A stretch of DNA of 36,429 nucleotides from Candidatus Methanofastidiosia archaeon. Its GTDB lineage: Archaea; Methanobacteriota_B; Thermococci; Methanofastidiosales; SZ-28-30. The DNA lies in NCBI GenBank assembly GCA_046760205.1, contig JBHIDS010000001.1, forward strand, positions 1 to 36,429, given 5' to 3'. Within the stretch, counting starts at the first letter, position 1. Every line of letters starts with the position of its first letter. A model generated the notes under the pieces. It saw nothing but the letters and a program-made list of their open reading frames with translations, did not search any database and was not told the origin of the DNA. This document shows, one piece after another, positions 17,514 to 26,634 of the stretch. A program made the translations under genes and the position numbers.

Positions 17514-20500
17514 TCAACCGATGACGTAAGTAGGCTCTGTGTACTCAGAGATCTCCTCAAGCCTCACAGAGAGAATCTTTGAGATTCCATCCTTCATGGT
17601 AACACCATATAGAAGTTCTGCAGAAGCCATCATTATGTCTCTTAAAGTAATAACGATGAACTGGGTGTCTTCAGATGCCCTCTCAATCATACGTGCCACA
17701 CGCTTGCAGTTTGGATCATCGAGATGAGCATCTATCTCGTCGAAGACGTAAAAAGGTGCAGGCTTGAATCTGTGTATGGCGAAAAGAAATGCAAGGGCTG
17801 TTAGAGCTTTCTCCCCACCGCTCATGGCATCCACCTTCTTTATCTCCTTTCCAGCAGGGCTTGCCTCCACATCAAGTCCTCCTTCAAAGGGATCCTCTGG
17901 GTTCTCTATGATAAGGCGTGCACTTCCTCCAGGAGAGAGCTCAGAAAATATTTCCTGAAAGTTGAGGGTCACTCTTTCAAAGGTTTTCATAAAGACTTTT
18001 TTCTTCTGAGACTCCACCTCCTCAATGAACCTTAAAATGGAGTCCCTCTCCTCCAAGAGCTTGTCTATCCTTGATTTTAAAGAGAGGTATCTCATCTCCA
18101 CTTTTGAGTATTCCTCCACTGCGCGCATGTTTATAGGTTCCAGTCTCTCCTTCTCCGCCTTCATCTTTTGGATCTTGAACCTGAGCTCTGAAAGATCATC
18201 ATAATCTTCGTCTTTTAATATCTCGACAGCCTTCTCCTCAAGCTCTGAAATCTGAGATTTCAGTTGATCGTACTTCTGCCTCAAAAGCTCAACGCTAGAG
18301 GCAAGAATATAGATGTTTTTCTGAAAGTTTTCCTTTCTCTTTCTAAGATTCTCAAGCTCAATCATTTTTCTTCTCCGAAGTTCCCTCTTTCCTTTGAGAC
18401 TTTGGTAGAACTCCTCCTCTTTCTCTCTCTCAAGGGCAAGCTCTCTTTGAAGTAAAGAGAGCTTTAAGGCTTTCTCACTCTTTTCTCTCTCTAGAGATCT
18501 GAACTCTTTTTTCAACTCAGCTTTAGTTTCATCTAACCTTGAGATGTTTTGTTCATGATAGGATAGTTTTGAATTTTCACGAGCAACCTTAACCCTTACC
18601 TCACCCAAATTGCTATTCAGCTTTTCCAGCTGAGCCTCAACATCCTCCAACTCCAGCATTCCTGAAAGCTTGAGTTTTTCACTCTCACCTTTCAGGGTTT
18701 CAATCTCTGATTCTAAGTTATTTTTCTTTTGAAGATTCTGAGAATAAATTTCCTTCATAGAATCTGAGTCATTTTGAATCCTCTTTTTTTGCTTAAAAAG
18801 CTTTGAAAGCTCTTTTTCTATATCCAAAATCTCTTTTTTCATCTCTAGAGATTTTTCATCGAAAGTCGGAATCAGAACCTCAAACCTAATTCTCTCATTT
18901 TCAAGATCTTTTTGATTCTTTAAAAGCTTTAAAAGCTCTCTTTTGCATTCTCTCTTTAGGTTTTCAAGGTCTGAAATTTTTATCTTAAGCTCAGATATTC
19001 TTTTTTCATTTTCCTCTGGGAGACTTGGCTTATGATAGAACCCTCCAGTGATTGCACCACTTTTTTCCACCAAGTCTCCATCTATAGTTACCACTCTCAC
19101 TCCAATATCCTTTGTGGAATCCAAGTCCTTAACTACTAGAGTATCTCCCAAAACGTACTCAAAGGCAACCCTAAACTTAGAATCAAACCTCACAAGATTT
19201 ATGGCAAAATCAAGGGCTCCCTCTCTTTTAAGGAAATTTTCATCTCTTCTGACATAGGCTTTGAGAGTGTTTAGGGGGAGAAAGGTCAATCTTGAAAGTC
19301 TTTTTTTCTTGAGCAAGAAAACACACCTTCTTGCCGTCTCATCTGTGTCCACAACGATGTTTTCAAGCCTTCCTCTCAAGGCTATTTCCAAGGCCTTTGC
19401 ATACTTTTCACTTACCTTTGAAAGCTCAGATATCCTTCCAAATACTCCCTTGATTTTCAAGACCTCCTCAAAAGCCTTTCTCTTCAAATCTTTAAATCTT
19501 TTGAATTCTAAAATCGCTTTCTGTCTTGAAACGAGTTCTATCCTCTCTCTATTTTTCTCCTGAATTTCCCTCTCGAAAGAGGTAAGCTCCTCCTCAAGTT
19601 CTCCTCTCTTTTTCTCAACATCTGAGAGTTCATTTCTGATTTTTTCCAAATTCAAAACAAGATTATCTCTTTTTTTCTGGGTTTTAATCCTCTCTTCTTT
19701 TTTTCTGTCAAGCTCTGTTTTCAATCTCTCAGTTTTCTCATCAACCTCTGACTTCTTCTCCTCAAGATTTTCAAGATAGTTTTTAATGCTTTCAAGCTTT
19801 GATTGAGTTTCATAAAAGCTCTTTTGTTTCTCTTGGAGCCTTTCAGAATTCTTTTTGAGCTTTTGAAATTCCTCCCCTCCCTTTGCAAGCTCTTCAAAGA
19901 TTCTCCTCTTCTCCTCTTCCCTCCCAAAAATCTCATCCTTAATCTTCTTCTCATCTAACTTCAAAGTTTCAAGCTTTGATTTGCACTCCTCAATCACTCT
20001 TTTACTCTCTAAAGCCTCTCTTTCCATGAGAGAAACCCTCTCCTCCAAACCTTTCATTTGGCTTTCCTTCAAATCGATCTCACTCTTGAGAGAATGGCGT
20101 CTTGCTTTAAGTTCCTCTAACTTTCTTGTAACTTCAAATCTTCCCCTCTCTTCTAACCTTGATATCTCCCTCTCCAGTTGGTCAAAAAGCCTTTTTCTCT
20201 CCATCATCTCCTTTTGCGTTTCCCCAATTCTTCTCTCAAACTCCTTTTTATTTTCCTCCTTTTCTTCAATCTCCTCTGAAATTTGTTTTTGATACTTCAA
20301 AGCTCTCTTCAACTCTGAATGAACCAAAAGCCCCTCGTATCTTTGAATCTCTCTCTTCAACTCTTGGTACCTTAAGGCATCTTTTTTTTCTTCCTCAAGC
20401 CTTTCAAGCCTCCTCTCAACCTCTTGAAGAACGAGCTCAACCCTTTGAATGTTGTCCTCAGCCTTTTTCAACTCTCGCTCTCCTCTCTCCCTCTTCTCGT

Positions 20501-21017
20501 TGTACTCTAAAATACCAGAAATCTCCTCAATTACTCCTCTTCTCTCCCAACGATTCATCTTTATGAACCTCGCAACGTCCCCCTGCATCACCAGGTTGTG
20601 CCCTTCTGGAAAAATTCCTATCTGAGAGAGCATATCTAAAATATAGCCTCTGGTCTCCCTCTTCCTGTTCAACCTGTAAACACTCTTTCCCGAAAGGTCC
20701 ACAGTCCTTGAGATTACAACCTCTTTTCTCTCTGAGGGAAAGGTTCCATCTTTGTTGTCAAAGTAGATAGAAACCTCTGCAAGCTTTGCCCCAAGCTTTG
20801 ACTTGTATCCTCCAAAGATTAAATCTGTCAAAACATCGGCTCGCATGGACTTGGTGGAGAGCCTTCCCAAGACGAAGGAGATGGCATCCACCACGTTGCT
20901 CTTTCCAGAGCCGTTGGGACCAACTATACAGGTAAAGCCCTTTGAAAATGAGACCGAAACCTTTCTTGAGCCGTAGGACTTAAACCCCCTCATTGTGATT
21001 TTCTTGATGTAAACCAT
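17514..21017 (-). CDS. smc: chromosome segregation protein SMC
   Basis: 1167 aa with Walker A GPNGSGKSN, long coiled coils, the hinge (GVFGRISELSKV...LTFLPLN), signature MSGGEKALTALAF and Walker B FYVFDEIDAHLD. Confidence 0.95.
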   Translation of the reverse strand: MVYIKKITMRGFKSYGSRKVSVSFSKGFTCIVGPNGSGKSNVVDAISFVLGRLSTKSMRADVLTDLIFGGYKSKLGAKLAEVSIYFDNKDGTFPSERKEVVISRTVDLSGKSVYRLNRKRETRGYILDMLSQIGIFPEGHNLVMQGDVARFIKMNRWERRGVIEEISGILEYNEKRERGERELKKAEDNIQRVELVLQEVERRLERLEEEKKDALRYQELKREIQRYEGLLVHSELKRALKYQKQISEEIEEKEENKKEFERRIGETQKEMMERKRLFDQLEREISRLEERGRFEVTRKLEELKARRHSLKSEIDLKESQMKGLEERVSLMEREALESKRVIEECKSKLETLKLDEKKIKDEIFGREEEKRRIFEELAKGGEEFQKLKKNSERLQEKQKSFYETQSKLESIKNYLENLEEKKSEVDEKTERLKTELDRKKEERIKTQKKRDNLVLNLEKIRNELSDVEKKRGELEEELTSFEREIQEKNRERIELVSRQKAILEFKRFKDLKRKAFEEVLKIKGVFGRISELSKVSEKYAKALEIALRGRLENIVVDTDETARRCVFLLKKKRLSRLTFLPLNTLKAYVRRDENFLKREGALDFAINLVRFDSKFRVAFEYVLGDTLVVKDLDSTKDIGVRVVTIDGDLVEKSGAITGGFYHKPSLPEENEKRISELKIKISDLENLKRECKRELLKLLKNQKDLENERIRFEVLIPTFDEKSLEMKKEILDIEKELSKLFKQKKRIQNDSDSMKEIYSQNLQKKNNLESEIETLKGESEKLKLSGMLELEDVEAQLEKLNSNLGEVRVKVARENSKLSYHEQNISRLDETKAELKKEFRSLEREKSEKALKLSLLQRELALEREKEEEFYQSLKGKRELRRRKMIELENLRKRKENFQKNIYILASSVELLRQKYDQLKSQISELEEKAVEILKDEDYDDLSELRFKIQKMKAEKERLEPINMRAVEEYSKVEMRYLSLKSRIDKLLEERDSILRFIEEVESQKKKVFMKTFERVTLNFQEIFSELSPGGSARLIIENPEDPFEGGLDVEASPAGKEIKKVDAMSGGEKALTALAFLFAIHRFKPAPFYVFDEIDAHLDDPNCKRVARMIERASEDTQFIVITLRDIMMASAELLYGVTMKDGISKILSVRLEEISEYTEPTYVIG

Positions 21018-21038
21018 CTTGTTTTTTAAGTGAAATTA

Positions 21039-21046
21039 TTTATAAA
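21039..21046. promoter_or_regulatory. palindromic TATA-like box TTTATAAA in the smc / acyl-CoA dehydrogenase divergent spacer
   Basis: TTTATAAA equals its own reverse complement. It lies 22-29 nt from the smc ATG (21017) and 32-39 nt from the acd ATG (21078). The acd ATG also has a GGTGATC SD. Confidence 0.35.
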
Positions 21047-21077
21047 GGTATGGTTATTAAAAGTAGAAGGTGATCAA

Positions 21078-22235
21078 ATGACTTTCCTATACACTCAAAA
21101 GGAAAGAGAGTTCAAAAAAGAGCTTTCAGATTTTGTGAAAAAAGAGATTGCTCCAATTGCAGAGAGGATAGAGAGAGAGAATTCAATTCCAAAAGAGATT
21201 TTTGAAAGGCTTGGTAAGAAAGGATATCTTGGAGTTCTTCACGAAAAAGCTTATGGAGGAACACAGAGGGGTGTGGTTTATGAGACTATGGTTGCAGAGG
21301 AGATTTCCTCAGTTTCTCCAGCCCTTGATATGTCGAGGTTAGCCTCTGTAACCCTTTATGGAATGCCTCTGAGAAGATTCGGGAACCATGAGCAAAAACT
21401 CAATTACTTAAAGCCCATAGCCCTGGGAGAGAAGCTTGGAGCCATAGGAATCACAGAGCCAAAGGTGGGTTCAGACACGGCAGGAATGGAGACAAGGGCT
21501 GAGAGGGAAGGGGGAGAGTGGATCTTAAACGGTGAGAAGAGATTCATAACCAACGGCTCCAACGCTTCGTACATAGTCGTTTTTGCAATAACGAACCCAA
21601 AGGTGCACCCAAAAGATGGGATGACCGCATTTATAATCGAGACTCAGTGGGATGGATTTCATGTTGTAAAGGACTTCGAACTTCTTGGAATGCATGGAGT
21701 AAGAAACACCCACTTTAGGCTTGAGAATATGCATGTTCCTGAGGAGAACGTTTTGGGAGGAGTTGGAAATGGTTTTGCTGTTCTAATGGACGAGCTTAAT
21801 TCTGAGAGAGTGGCAATTGCTGGAGAGGCTTGCGGGTATGCCTTGGGAGCCTTTAGAGAGGCTGTAAAGTACTCTTGCGAGAGAAGGCAGTTTGACAGGG
21901 AGATAAGGAAATTCGAGGGAGTTTCTTTCAAGATTGCAGACATGTCTACAAAGATTGAGGCTGCTCGTTTGCTGACATACCAAGCAGCAAAGATGCTTGA
22001 CGATGGCATGGATTCCACCCTACATTGTTCAATGGCGAAGTACTTTGCAACTGAGATTGCATGTGAAGTCTGTGATGAGGCTCTTCAGGTTTTAGGAGGA
22101 ATTGGTTACACCAAGGAGAAGATAGTTGAAAGGCTATACAGGGATGCAAGGTTGATGAGAATTGGAGGGGGAACCTCTGAGATTATGAAATTCTTGATTC
22201 AGAGAGAGATTTACAAGAGTTTTGGTTTTGATTGA
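21078..22235 (+). CDS. acyl-CoA dehydrogenase
   Basis: The track ORF starts at 21030, but ATG 21078 is preceded by GAAGGTGATCAA. 385 aa with GITEPKVGSDTAGM, RFITNGS, GGIGYTKE and YRDARLMRIGGGTSEI. Confidence 0.9.
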   Translation: MTFLYTQKEREFKKELSDFVKKEIAPIAERIERENSIPKEIFERLGKKGYLGVLHEKAYGGTQRGVVYETMVAEEISSVSPALDMSRLASVTLYGMPLRRFGNHEQKLNYLKPIALGEKLGAIGITEPKVGSDTAGMETRAEREGGEWILNGEKRFITNGSNASYIVVFAITNPKVHPKDGMTAFIIETQWDGFHVVKDFELLGMHGVRNTHFRLENMHVPEENVLGGVGNGFAVLMDELNSERVAIAGEACGYALGAFREAVKYSCERRQFDREIRKFEGVSFKIADMSTKIEAARLLTYQAAKMLDDGMDSTLHCSMAKYFATEIACEVCDEALQVLGGIGYTKEKIVERLYRDARLMRIGGGTSEIMKFLIQREIYKSFGFD

Positions 22236-22245
22236 GCATCTTTTG

Positions 22246-23058
22246 CTACCTTTCCTCCAAAAGCTCCCTCGATCTATCTGTGGCCTTCACCACAGCTTTG
22301 ATGAGGGTGTTTCTAAGTCTTCCCTCCTCAAGCTCCAAAAGACCATCTATGGTACAACCTGCCGGGGTAGTCACTATGTCCTTGAGTTTTGCAGGATGTT
22401 CTTTGGTCTTTAAAACCATCTTTGCAGAACCCAAGGTAGTTTGAGCTACGAGAAGTGTTGCAACGTTTCTTGGAATTCCCACCTTTACCCCAGCCTCTGC
22501 CAGAGCCTCTATCACCACGTAGATGTAGGCAGGTCCTGAGCCAGAAAGACCAGTTACGGCGTCCATCAACCTCTCCTCCAGTATCTCCACATCTCCAACA
22601 GCTTCAAAGATCTCCCTTGCAATCTCCAAGTCTTTTTTAGAGGCTTTACGGTTAGAGCAAAGGACGGTCATTCCCTCTCTCACCAAAACAGGGGTATTGG
22701 GCATTCCCCTTACTATCGGAACCTCTCTTCCAAGTTTCTCTTCGAGAAAGGATATGGGAACTCCTGCAGCTATGGTGATTATGAGCTTTCCTGAAACCAC
22801 ATCCTTAATTTCATTCAAAACTTCTAAAACATTCTGGGGCTTTACAGAGAGAAGAACTATCTGTGCATCCTTTACCATCTCTTTATTGTTGAGATAGGTC
22901 TTGATACCAAACTTTTTTTCTATGTATCTCGTTCTCTTTTCATGGGCAGCACTGGCTTTTATCTGAGTTTTTCTCATACCTGCCTTCAACAGGGCAGAGA
23001 TCAAACTCTCTCCTATTCTACCAGCACCCACCACTGCAAGAATTTTTTCATCAAGCAT
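22246..23058 (-). CDS. proC: pyrroline-5-carboxylate reductase
   Basis: About 270 aa with VVGAGRIGESL, GSGPAYIY and VTTPAGCTIDG. ATG 23058 is preferred over TTG 23061. AAGGAGGTGA, formed by the last rad50 codons, lies 7 nt upstream. Confidence 0.9.
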   Translation of the reverse strand: MLDEKILAVVGAGRIGESLISALLKAGMRKTQIKASAAHEKRTRYIEKKFGIKTYLNNKEMVKDAQIVLLSVKPQNVLEVLNEIKDVVSGKLIITIAAGVPISFLEEKLGREVPIVRGMPNTPVLVREGMTVLCSNRKASKKDLEIAREIFEAVGDVEILEERLMDAVTGLSGSGPAYIYVVIEALAEAGVKVGIPRNVATLLVAQTTLGSAKMVLKTKEHPAKLKDIVTTPAGCTIDGLLELEEGRLRNTLIKAVVKATDRSRELLEER

Positions 23059-23062
23059 CAAA

Positions 23063-25570
23063 TCACCTCCTTAGAGCTATGGCACTCCCATCCTCTCCTT
23101 CTTCAATGACATAAGAGTTCTCAATGAACTCCTTCACATCTTCCACATGCGTTATAATCAAAATCTGGGAGAATCTATTCTTCAATCTCTGAATTACACC
23201 AAGGAGATTTCTCCTTCTCTCAGAGTCGAGGGAAGAGAAGGTTTCATCGAGAAAGAGGGACTGCATTCTTGCAAACCCTCTCTCAGAAGAGAGGGAAACC
23301 AAAATGTTTGAGATTCCCACCCTCAAACAGAGATTTATAAGATCCTTCTCTCCTCCAGAGAATCTTGAGATTGGATAGTACTCTCCGTTGTAATATACCT
23401 TTAAAGAATAATCCTCTGAGATTTCACAGAATGGGTATTTAGAGTCTGTGAGTTCTGATAAAAGCCTCGAAGTTTCAAGCTTCAACCTTGGCTTTAACCT
23501 CATTTGAATTTGGGTGGGAATGTTCTTGAAGGCTTCAGCCAAAACATCATAAATCTTGATACTCTTTCTAAATTCTCTTTCCCTTTCTTTTAGAATTTTT
23601 AACTCTCTCTTTTGTTTTCTCAAAATCTTCAACTCGCCTTTTTTTATCTCAACTTCTTGTCTTTTTTTCTCCAAAAGGAGAAGATACTCCCTCTCCCTTT
23701 CTCTAAGATTTTCATAATCTCTCTCAGCCTCAGAGAATTTATTTGGAATCTTTTCATCTACTTTCTTTTTAATCTCTAAAATCTCATCTTTGATCTCTGA
23801 GAGCCTTGATGCGTTTAACTTCATAGCTTTTCTATTTTTGGTTTTTTGTGAGAGTTTTTCCTCCAATCTTGCAGCATCTCTTTTAAGTTTTTCCCCTTTC
23901 ATCTTTTCGAGTTTTAACATCTCATATCTTTTATGATCAAACTCAGGGAGTTTCTCCTCAAGGCTTTCAACTTTTCTATCTATTAAAAGAATTTTCTCAA
24001 AAATCTTTTTCTTCAATTTCTTTTTCTGATTTTCAAGTTTCGTCTTCTCTTTTTCAATTTCCTCATATCTTATCTCAGAGTAGGAGAGTTTCCTCTCTCT
24101 CATCTGTGTTAAATCCAGATTTTTCATCTCTTTCTCAAGTTTTGAGAGTTTTTCTGAACTTTCAAGGCAAAGCTCCTTGATGATTTCCTTTTTTTTCTTG
24201 AGTTTTCTTATTTTTTTATCAAAAATCTTTAGTTTTGATACGTACTCAGATTTAAGGGATGCAAAATCTTTATCCCCGAGTTTTCTCTTACAAGTTGGGC
24301 AAATGGCTTCAGCCCCCATACTCTCTATCCTAGTAAGTTCTGTTTTTGTATGTTCCTTCTCCTCAAGAACACTTTTCAAATAAGTGGAAATTTCCAAGAG
24401 CTTCTTTTCGAGTTTCAAATTTTTTTCTCTGAGCTTTGAGATTTCAAGCTCCAAATCTTTTAAAGATGAGAGTTTTTTTCTCAATTTTTTTAACTCTCTC
24501 AACTCTTTTAATCTTCTCTCACTCTCAATTTTCAATTCTTCAAGTGTCTCTTTAAAGGACTTTAAATTCTCTTTGAGATTTTTTCGAAAACTCTCTCTTT
24601 GGACTTTTCTTATCTCAATCTCTTTTTTGATTTCATCAATCCTTTCCTTCAACTTCTCCAACTTCTCAAGTTCTCTCTTCAAATTGAGATAATCTTCCAT
24701 GAGAGGCATTAGCTTTTTTTGCTCTCTCTCAGCCTTTAATATGTCCTCTCTCTCTTCTCGAAGTCTCTCTCCATCCTTCATCAAATATTTTTTCCTCTCT
24801 TGAAGAATTTCAAACCTCTTCACGAGACTCTCGTAGGTTTTCATCTCCAACTTCAACCTCTCAAACCTCTCCTCACTTTTCTTGAGGTCTTCGAGGAGTT
24901 TTTCATGCCTTTTTTTAAAAACCTCAAGTTTCTCTGAGAGTTTTAAAACCTCCTCCTCACACTCTTTTAACCTCTTCAAGCTCTCCTTCAAACGAGAGGA
25001 ACTCTCTCTAATCAAATCCAATTCAAGTTTTGTTTTCTTTCTTCTCTCCTTTGCCCTTAACTCGAACTTCTCATATATCTCAAGATTGAAGAGTCTGTTG
25101 ATGAGCTTCTTTCTCTCAGATGCAGTCTCTGAGGTTATGAGATCGAGCTCCTTTTGTCTCACAAAGGAGGAGGAGATGAAACCTTTCATGTTCAGTCCCA
25201 AATCCCTTACTATCCTCTCTTTCACAGAGTTTGCCTTTCTCTCCTGAAGCCTGTCCTCGATCCAGAGCTTTGCCCTAACTCCTCCCCCTTTGTTCAAAAA
25301 CCTTGAAACCTTATAGCTCTGGTTTGCAAGTGTGAACTCAACATCCACTCCCATCTCATCCTCCCCATCTTTTATGAGATCCTCTTGCCTTACTCCTTCC
25401 CTTCCCTCCATGGTCTGGGTTGTACCATAAAGACACCAGGTTAGAGCATCAAATATGGAGGACTTTCCAGCTCCATTTCTCCCAAAGATTCCAAAAACAC
25501 CTGAAGAAAAAGTTAGATTTTGATCTCTATATTTTTTGAAGTTGTAAAGGTGGATATTCTTTAAAATCAT
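23063..25570 (-). CDS. rad50: DNA double-strand break repair ATPase Rad50
   Basis: 835 aa with Walker A GRNGAGKSS, a central CPTC zinc hook in the coiled coil, signature FSGGEKDLINL and Walker B LFLDETFSSLD. ATGA start/stop overlap with mre11. Confidence 0.9.
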   Translation of the reverse strand: MILKNIHLYNFKKYRDQNLTFSSGVFGIFGRNGAGKSSIFDALTWCLYGTTQTMEGREGVRQEDLIKDGEDEMGVDVEFTLANQSYKVSRFLNKGGGVRAKLWIEDRLQERKANSVKERIVRDLGLNMKGFISSSFVRQKELDLITSETASERKKLINRLFNLEIYEKFELRAKERRKKTKLELDLIRESSSRLKESLKRLKECEEEVLKLSEKLEVFKKRHEKLLEDLKKSEERFERLKLEMKTYESLVKRFEILQERKKYLMKDGERLREEREDILKAEREQKKLMPLMEDYLNLKRELEKLEKLKERIDEIKKEIEIRKVQRESFRKNLKENLKSFKETLEELKIESERRLKELRELKKLRKKLSSLKDLELEISKLREKNLKLEKKLLEISTYLKSVLEEKEHTKTELTRIESMGAEAICPTCKRKLGDKDFASLKSEYVSKLKIFDKKIRKLKKKKEIIKELCLESSEKLSKLEKEMKNLDLTQMRERKLSYSEIRYEEIEKEKTKLENQKKKLKKKIFEKILLIDRKVESLEEKLPEFDHKRYEMLKLEKMKGEKLKRDAARLEEKLSQKTKNRKAMKLNASRLSEIKDEILEIKKKVDEKIPNKFSEAERDYENLREREREYLLLLEKKRQEVEIKKGELKILRKQKRELKILKEREREFRKSIKIYDVLAEAFKNIPTQIQMRLKPRLKLETSRLLSELTDSKYPFCEISEDYSLKVYYNGEYYPISRFSGGEKDLINLCLRVGISNILVSLSSERGFARMQSLFLDETFSSLDSERRRNLLGVIQRLKNRFSQILIITHVEDVKEFIENSYVIEEGEDGSAIALRR

Positions 25571-26628
25571 TCCATGACCTCTTTGATGATCTCCAGCCCA
25601 GTTCTGAAGGCTTTAATCTCTCCGCTAGCTTTTAAATACCTTGAGAGTTCCTTTTCTGGAGGATAGAGGATCTCACCTTCCTTTATCTCAAAAATCTCTT
25701 TGGAGAAGGTCTGATCTCTAAAGGTGAATGAAAGGGCATTTCTCGCAGACCTTCTGATCATTTCATAGTTTAGGGTTTTCTTCTTGGCTTTAAGAATCTC
25801 CCCCTTGAGGGTAAGCCTTAGAATTTTATCATCCACATCTTTGAGGCATCCTAAGGCCTTTCTGGTTATCTCAAAACCATCGAGACCATCACACAGGAGT
25901 TCATGATCTTCCATGACTCTAGTCTTCACCTCCACAAACTCTATCTCTTCATCGTATGAGATGAATCCCTTCCTCTCTGAAATCTCGTTGAAGTCGTACC
26001 TCTCAAGAGAACCTGGATAGGCTTTGTTTCTCATGACTTGGTGCTTGTGAACGTGTCCAAGGGCAACGTAGTCGTAGTTGGGAATCCTTTGAGGCTCTAT
26101 GGAAGACTCCAAAAAGCTCATGAACCTCTCAGAGCCAAGGGTAGAGCCTTCAATCATAGTATGGAGCATTAGGATGTTGAAGCAACCTTTTAAAGGTTTT
26201 TTTACGTGTTTTATTGGATTTTCTGTGTAGGGAATTCCACAGATTCTGTACATTCCTATTTTCTTTTCAAAGGGTTTAAGACCACAGAAGATGTGGGGGA
26301 TGTTGCTGTAGAGGGTTAGTGGATTTCTCACTCCTTTAGTCCTTGGGGTGTCGTGATTTCCTGGGATTATGAAGGTATTTATCTTTCTTTCAGAGAGCCT
26401 AAATAGTTGGTTTTGGACAAACTTTCTTACATAGTTGGTTGGATTTACAGAGTCAAAGAGATCGCCACAAAAGAGCAAAAAATCACATCTCTCCTCCAAG
26501 GTGAATTCGATGAGCTCTAGAAAGGCGTTGCAAAAGTCCATCATTCTCACGTTTAGCCCTGTTTTTGGATTTACTTTTGTGTATCTTTGGATTCCAAGAT
26601 GGGAGTCTGCAGAGTGGATGAACATCAT
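25567..26628 (-). CDS. mre11: DNA double-strand break repair nuclease Mre11
   Basis: 353 aa with calcineurin-like phosphoesterase motifs HSADSHLG, GDLFD, GNHD, LMLHT and GHVH. Confidence 0.9.
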   Translation of the reverse strand: MMFIHSADSHLGIQRYTKVNPKTGLNVRMMDFCNAFLELIEFTLEERCDFLLFCGDLFDSVNPTNYVRKFVQNQLFRLSERKINTFIIPGNHDTPRTKGVRNPLTLYSNIPHIFCGLKPFEKKIGMYRICGIPYTENPIKHVKKPLKGCFNILMLHTMIEGSTLGSERFMSFLESSIEPQRIPNYDYVALGHVHKHQVMRNKAYPGSLERYDFNEISERKGFISYDEEIEFVEVKTRVMEDHELLCDGLDGFEITRKALGCLKDVDDKILRLTLKGEILKAKKKTLNYEMIRRSARNALSFTFRDQTFSKEIFEIKEGEILYPPEKELSRYLKASGEIKAFRTGLEIIKEVME

Positions 26629-26634
26629 CCCACC

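Noticed and set aside
17539-20566. Several 60-135-aa ORFs on the plus strand inside smc (for example 19261-19563, 19981-20292, 20159-20566).
   Set aside because: They are Ser/Leu/Phe-rich mirror images of the Glu/Lys/Leu-rich SMC coiled coil. They have no start-site signals, and the SMC frame explains the region fully.
21030-21077. A 16-codon extension at the 5' end of the acyl-CoA dehydrogenase ORF.
   Set aside because: It would start inside the divergent promoter spacer. ATG 21078 has a proper GGTGATC SD, and homologues start near MTF/MDF.
24177-25247. Plus-strand ORFs of 68-121 aa inside rad50.
   Set aside because: Same antisense low-complexity artefact of a coiled-coil gene, with S/F/L-rich translations.
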